From Podarcis melisellensis (lineage: Eukaryota), in NCBI GenBank assembly GCA_964234715.1, contig OZ174276.1: 64,000 nt of DNA; one strand, given 5' to 3'. Positions 61,047 to 64,000 of this stretch are shown here, piece by piece. Below the pieces are notes generated by a model that saw only the letters and a program-made list of their open reading frames with translations, was not told the DNA's origin and did not search any database. The stretch's first letter is position 1. Each line of letters begins with the position of its first letter. A program made the position numbers and the translations under genes.

Positions 61047-61371
61047 CTCTAACCACTTCACCACACTGGCTCTTGCAAGCCTATTTTCATACAGTTTCCC
61101 ATACAATACTAACAAGACCCAACCTGAACTGCTGATATCAGATAGGATCAAGGGCTTTCTGGTTGGTGCTGCTATATTATATTTGTAGTAGTAGTAGGCT
61201 TTAATCCTGCTCTTCCAAAAAAAAAATTCCCAGGGTGGCTTACAAAGAAACAACAGCAACAACATAATAAAGCAATAAAAACCACTCATCACATGATACA
61301 AACAGTAGAAACAAAAAGAAGAAATAAAAACTTCTTTAAAAAGATAAAGCAGATTTAAGCAGATATGAGGA

Positions 61372-62252
61372 AAGAAAAAGAAGAAGAAGAATTAATTTCT
61401 ACCCCACCTGTCTGGCTGGGTTTCCCCAGCCACTCTAGGTGGCTTCCAACAAAATATTAAAAATACAATAAAACCAGACATTAAAAACTTTCCTAAACAG
61501 GACTGCCTTCATATGTCAGATAATTGTTTATTTCCTTGACATCGGATGGGAGGGCATTCCACAAGGCGGGTGCCACAACCGAGAAGGCCCTCTGCCTGGT
61601 TCCCTGTAATCTCACATCTCACAGTGAGGGAACTACCAGAAGGCCCTCGGAGCTGGACCTCAGTGTCCAGGATGAACGATGGGGGTGGAAACGCTCCTTC
61701 AGGTATACTGGGCTGAGGCCATTTAGGACTTTAAACACTTTGAATTGTGCTCAGAAACGTACTGGGAGCCAATGTAGGTCTTTCAGGACCAGTGTAATAT
61801 GGTCTCAGTGGCCGCTCCCAGTCACCAGTCTAGCTGCCGCATTCTGGATTAATTATAGTTTCCGAGTCACCTTCAAAGGTAGCCTCACGTAGAGTGCGTT
61901 GCAGTAGTCCAAGCAGGAGATAACCAGAGAATGCAGCACTCTGGTGAGACAGTCTGCAGGCAGGTAGGAAACCCAGCCAGATATAAATAAGTTGTTGTTC
62001 TTGTCATTAGCCTGCGTACCAGATGGAGCTGGTAGACAGCTGCCCTGGACACAGAATGGACCTGTGCCTCCAAGGACAGCTGTGAGTCAATTGACTCCCA
62101 GGCTGCACACCTGCTCCCTCAGGGGCACAGTTACCCCATTCAGAACCAGGAAGTCCTCCACACCCACCCACCCCCTGTCCCCCCAAAATAGCACTTTTGT
62201 CTTGTCAGAATTCAACCTCAATCTGTTAGCCACCCATCCTCCAACCGCCTCC
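61372..62252 (-). mobile_element. L2 LINE, 5'-truncated and disrupted ORF2 end
   Basis: Minus-strand peptides WVANRLRLNSDKTKVL, VPLREQVCSLGV and AVYQLHLVRRL are typical of the L2 RT C-terminus. Confidence 0.85.
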
Positions 62253-62700
62253 ATTGGGAGGGAGCTTTCCATAACCTGGGCACCATCACTAAGGTCTTTC
62301 TCCCCAATAGTCGTTGGCTTTACCCCCAATGCCAGCGGGCATCCAAATAATGGCCTCTGTTGCATTATCTGTAGGCACATGTGGAGGCAGGCGGTCCTTC
62401 AAACTGGGAAGGACTTTAAATGTCAAAATGAACACTCTGAATTGAGCTGTAAATGGACAGGGAGCTTGTGCTAATCGATGAAGCAGCAGCATGATGTGAT
62501 TAAAACTGGCCCTGGTCCCAGTTAGCCATCTAGCAGTAAGTATCAGAATGTGTATCACACTGCAGCAGTCTAATCTGAAGGTTAACAGAGCGCAGATTCC
62601 TCCCTCAAGGTAGGGTCACAGCTGGCGCAGTCAGCCAATCTGGCAAAAGGCATTCTCAGGCTCAAAGACCACCAGGGACAAAGGCGGCCCCAGACTATGA
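62253..62700 (-). mobile_element. Older L2 remnant
   Basis: Peptide HIMLLLHRL..FTAQFRVFILTFKVL is a decayed form of the L2 HITP.L..LHWLP..FR.QFK.L.LTFKAL motif. Confidence 0.65.
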
Positions 62701-64000
62701 AATAGCTATAGTAATGTTATCAGCATAGTGCAGGCACACCTTTTCTACTAAACGACAACAACGAAGGGATTCGTCCCTTTGGCATACATACAGTAATTCA
62801 GAGCCAGTTCCTTTGATATGCCTGCAAGTGACTTCTTGAACAAAATCCCTGTGTACATAACTTCAGAGGGACTAAATCCTGCAAATTCACCTCTTCGGCT
62901 CCGGGAACATGTTTCAACTTTATAATTCACAGAAGGGGATCAGTACAGCTTCACTGTGACAATGTTCACATATAAAGGTTGCTTTTGTGAACTATAGCTT
63001 TTGTTCTCTTTTCTGATAGTCAGCTGCAAGTGTATAATGTCAGAATGCACTTTAGATGTGACCTGGCTACATATATGGGTACTCCTGAAATGTAAAGTCA
63101 CGGTATGAGAGACCAAGTGGGGGATAGCAACTACTACTACTACTACTATTAAATTTCTATTTCTATACTGTTGTTAAACCATGCTTGGGTTCCAGACTAC
63201 TCCCATAATACTCATGTTTCTGCACATACCAGATCTGCCACACAAACATCTCTGTGCTTAGTTCATGGCAGTTATTACATGCAGAAGATAAACATTATCA
63301 GTGCTGCAAAGTTAATGATTTCTGTGCACAACAACTTGCCATCAACCATATGCAAACTCTCCTGAGTTTGCGTAGATGCTGATTTGGCCACAAGGCCCCC
63401 TAGTTTAGTGAGAAAGCCCAGGAATAAATATCCAGCAAAAAAAAAAAAAGGAAGGGGGGGAAAAAGATCTTAGCGAGCAAGGACTAGGATATATTATCAT
63501 ACCAGCCTTTCTCAAAGTCATTCCCTCCAGATGATTTGGACTACAACTCCCATTCTTCCTGTATGCTAACTGCAATGCTAACTGGGACTGAGTTGTAGTC
63601 CAAAACACCTGGAAGGCACCACATTGGAGAAGACTAGAACAGACCGTGCTGGGAGAGGTAGTATAATGATCTGACTCAATATAAGGCACCTTTGTAGACA
63701 TTATCTCAGCAAAGGTCTGGCAGGCAGTTATCCTGGATTACAGAGATTACAAATTAGATTGTTGTTGTTTGGCCTTGCCATTTTTGTCAGTTGTGGCAAT
63801 TTCAAATGGATTTATTAAAAAAAATGTGACAAGGAGATTCAAACCATGATCCCTTCCAAAGGCATACATAAGTCAGAATGGGCTTGTTCATACTATAGCT
63901 GGCCCAAAACTCCTTTATGAGTCATGGAGATGTTCTGGCAATACACTGAAAGGATTGCCAAGATTAGACGGGTGAGCACAGGCATGCCAGGTCACATTCC

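Overview
Eukaryotic (vertebrate) genomic DNA from a squamate reptile, most likely a lacertid lizard (Sauria SINEs, Squam2-like SINEs, Bov-B and CAGTGGTACC-ended MITEs). Four intron-containing housekeeping genes lie in the order known from human 17q25.1. NUP85 (+) is present as its last 12 coding exons, 2251-16237. GGA3 (-) is complete: 17 exons, 746 aa, 46142 to 18915. MRPS7 (+) is complete: 5 exons, 240 aa, 46932-51429. MIF4GD (-) has its complete CDS: 5 coding exons, 222 aa, 59705 to 54712. GGA3 and MRPS7 share a ~0.8 kb bidirectional promoter. Exons were built by hand and all splice phases are consistent. Introns are dense in small DNA-transposon derivatives, SINEs and LINE fragments, and there is a 162-nt N gap. 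I found no new protein-coding system, and most ORFs in the supplied track are spurious. The most unusual items are a 1.8-kb TA-flanked transposon built almost entirely from alternating inverted repeats (401-2173), a MITE family carrying NRF1/ETS/CRE motifs, a long near-perfect intronic hairpin (7688-7893), inverted SINEs flanking a 336-nt stop-free NUP85 exon block, a head-plus-tail mini-SINE with TSDs, and a GC-AG intron.
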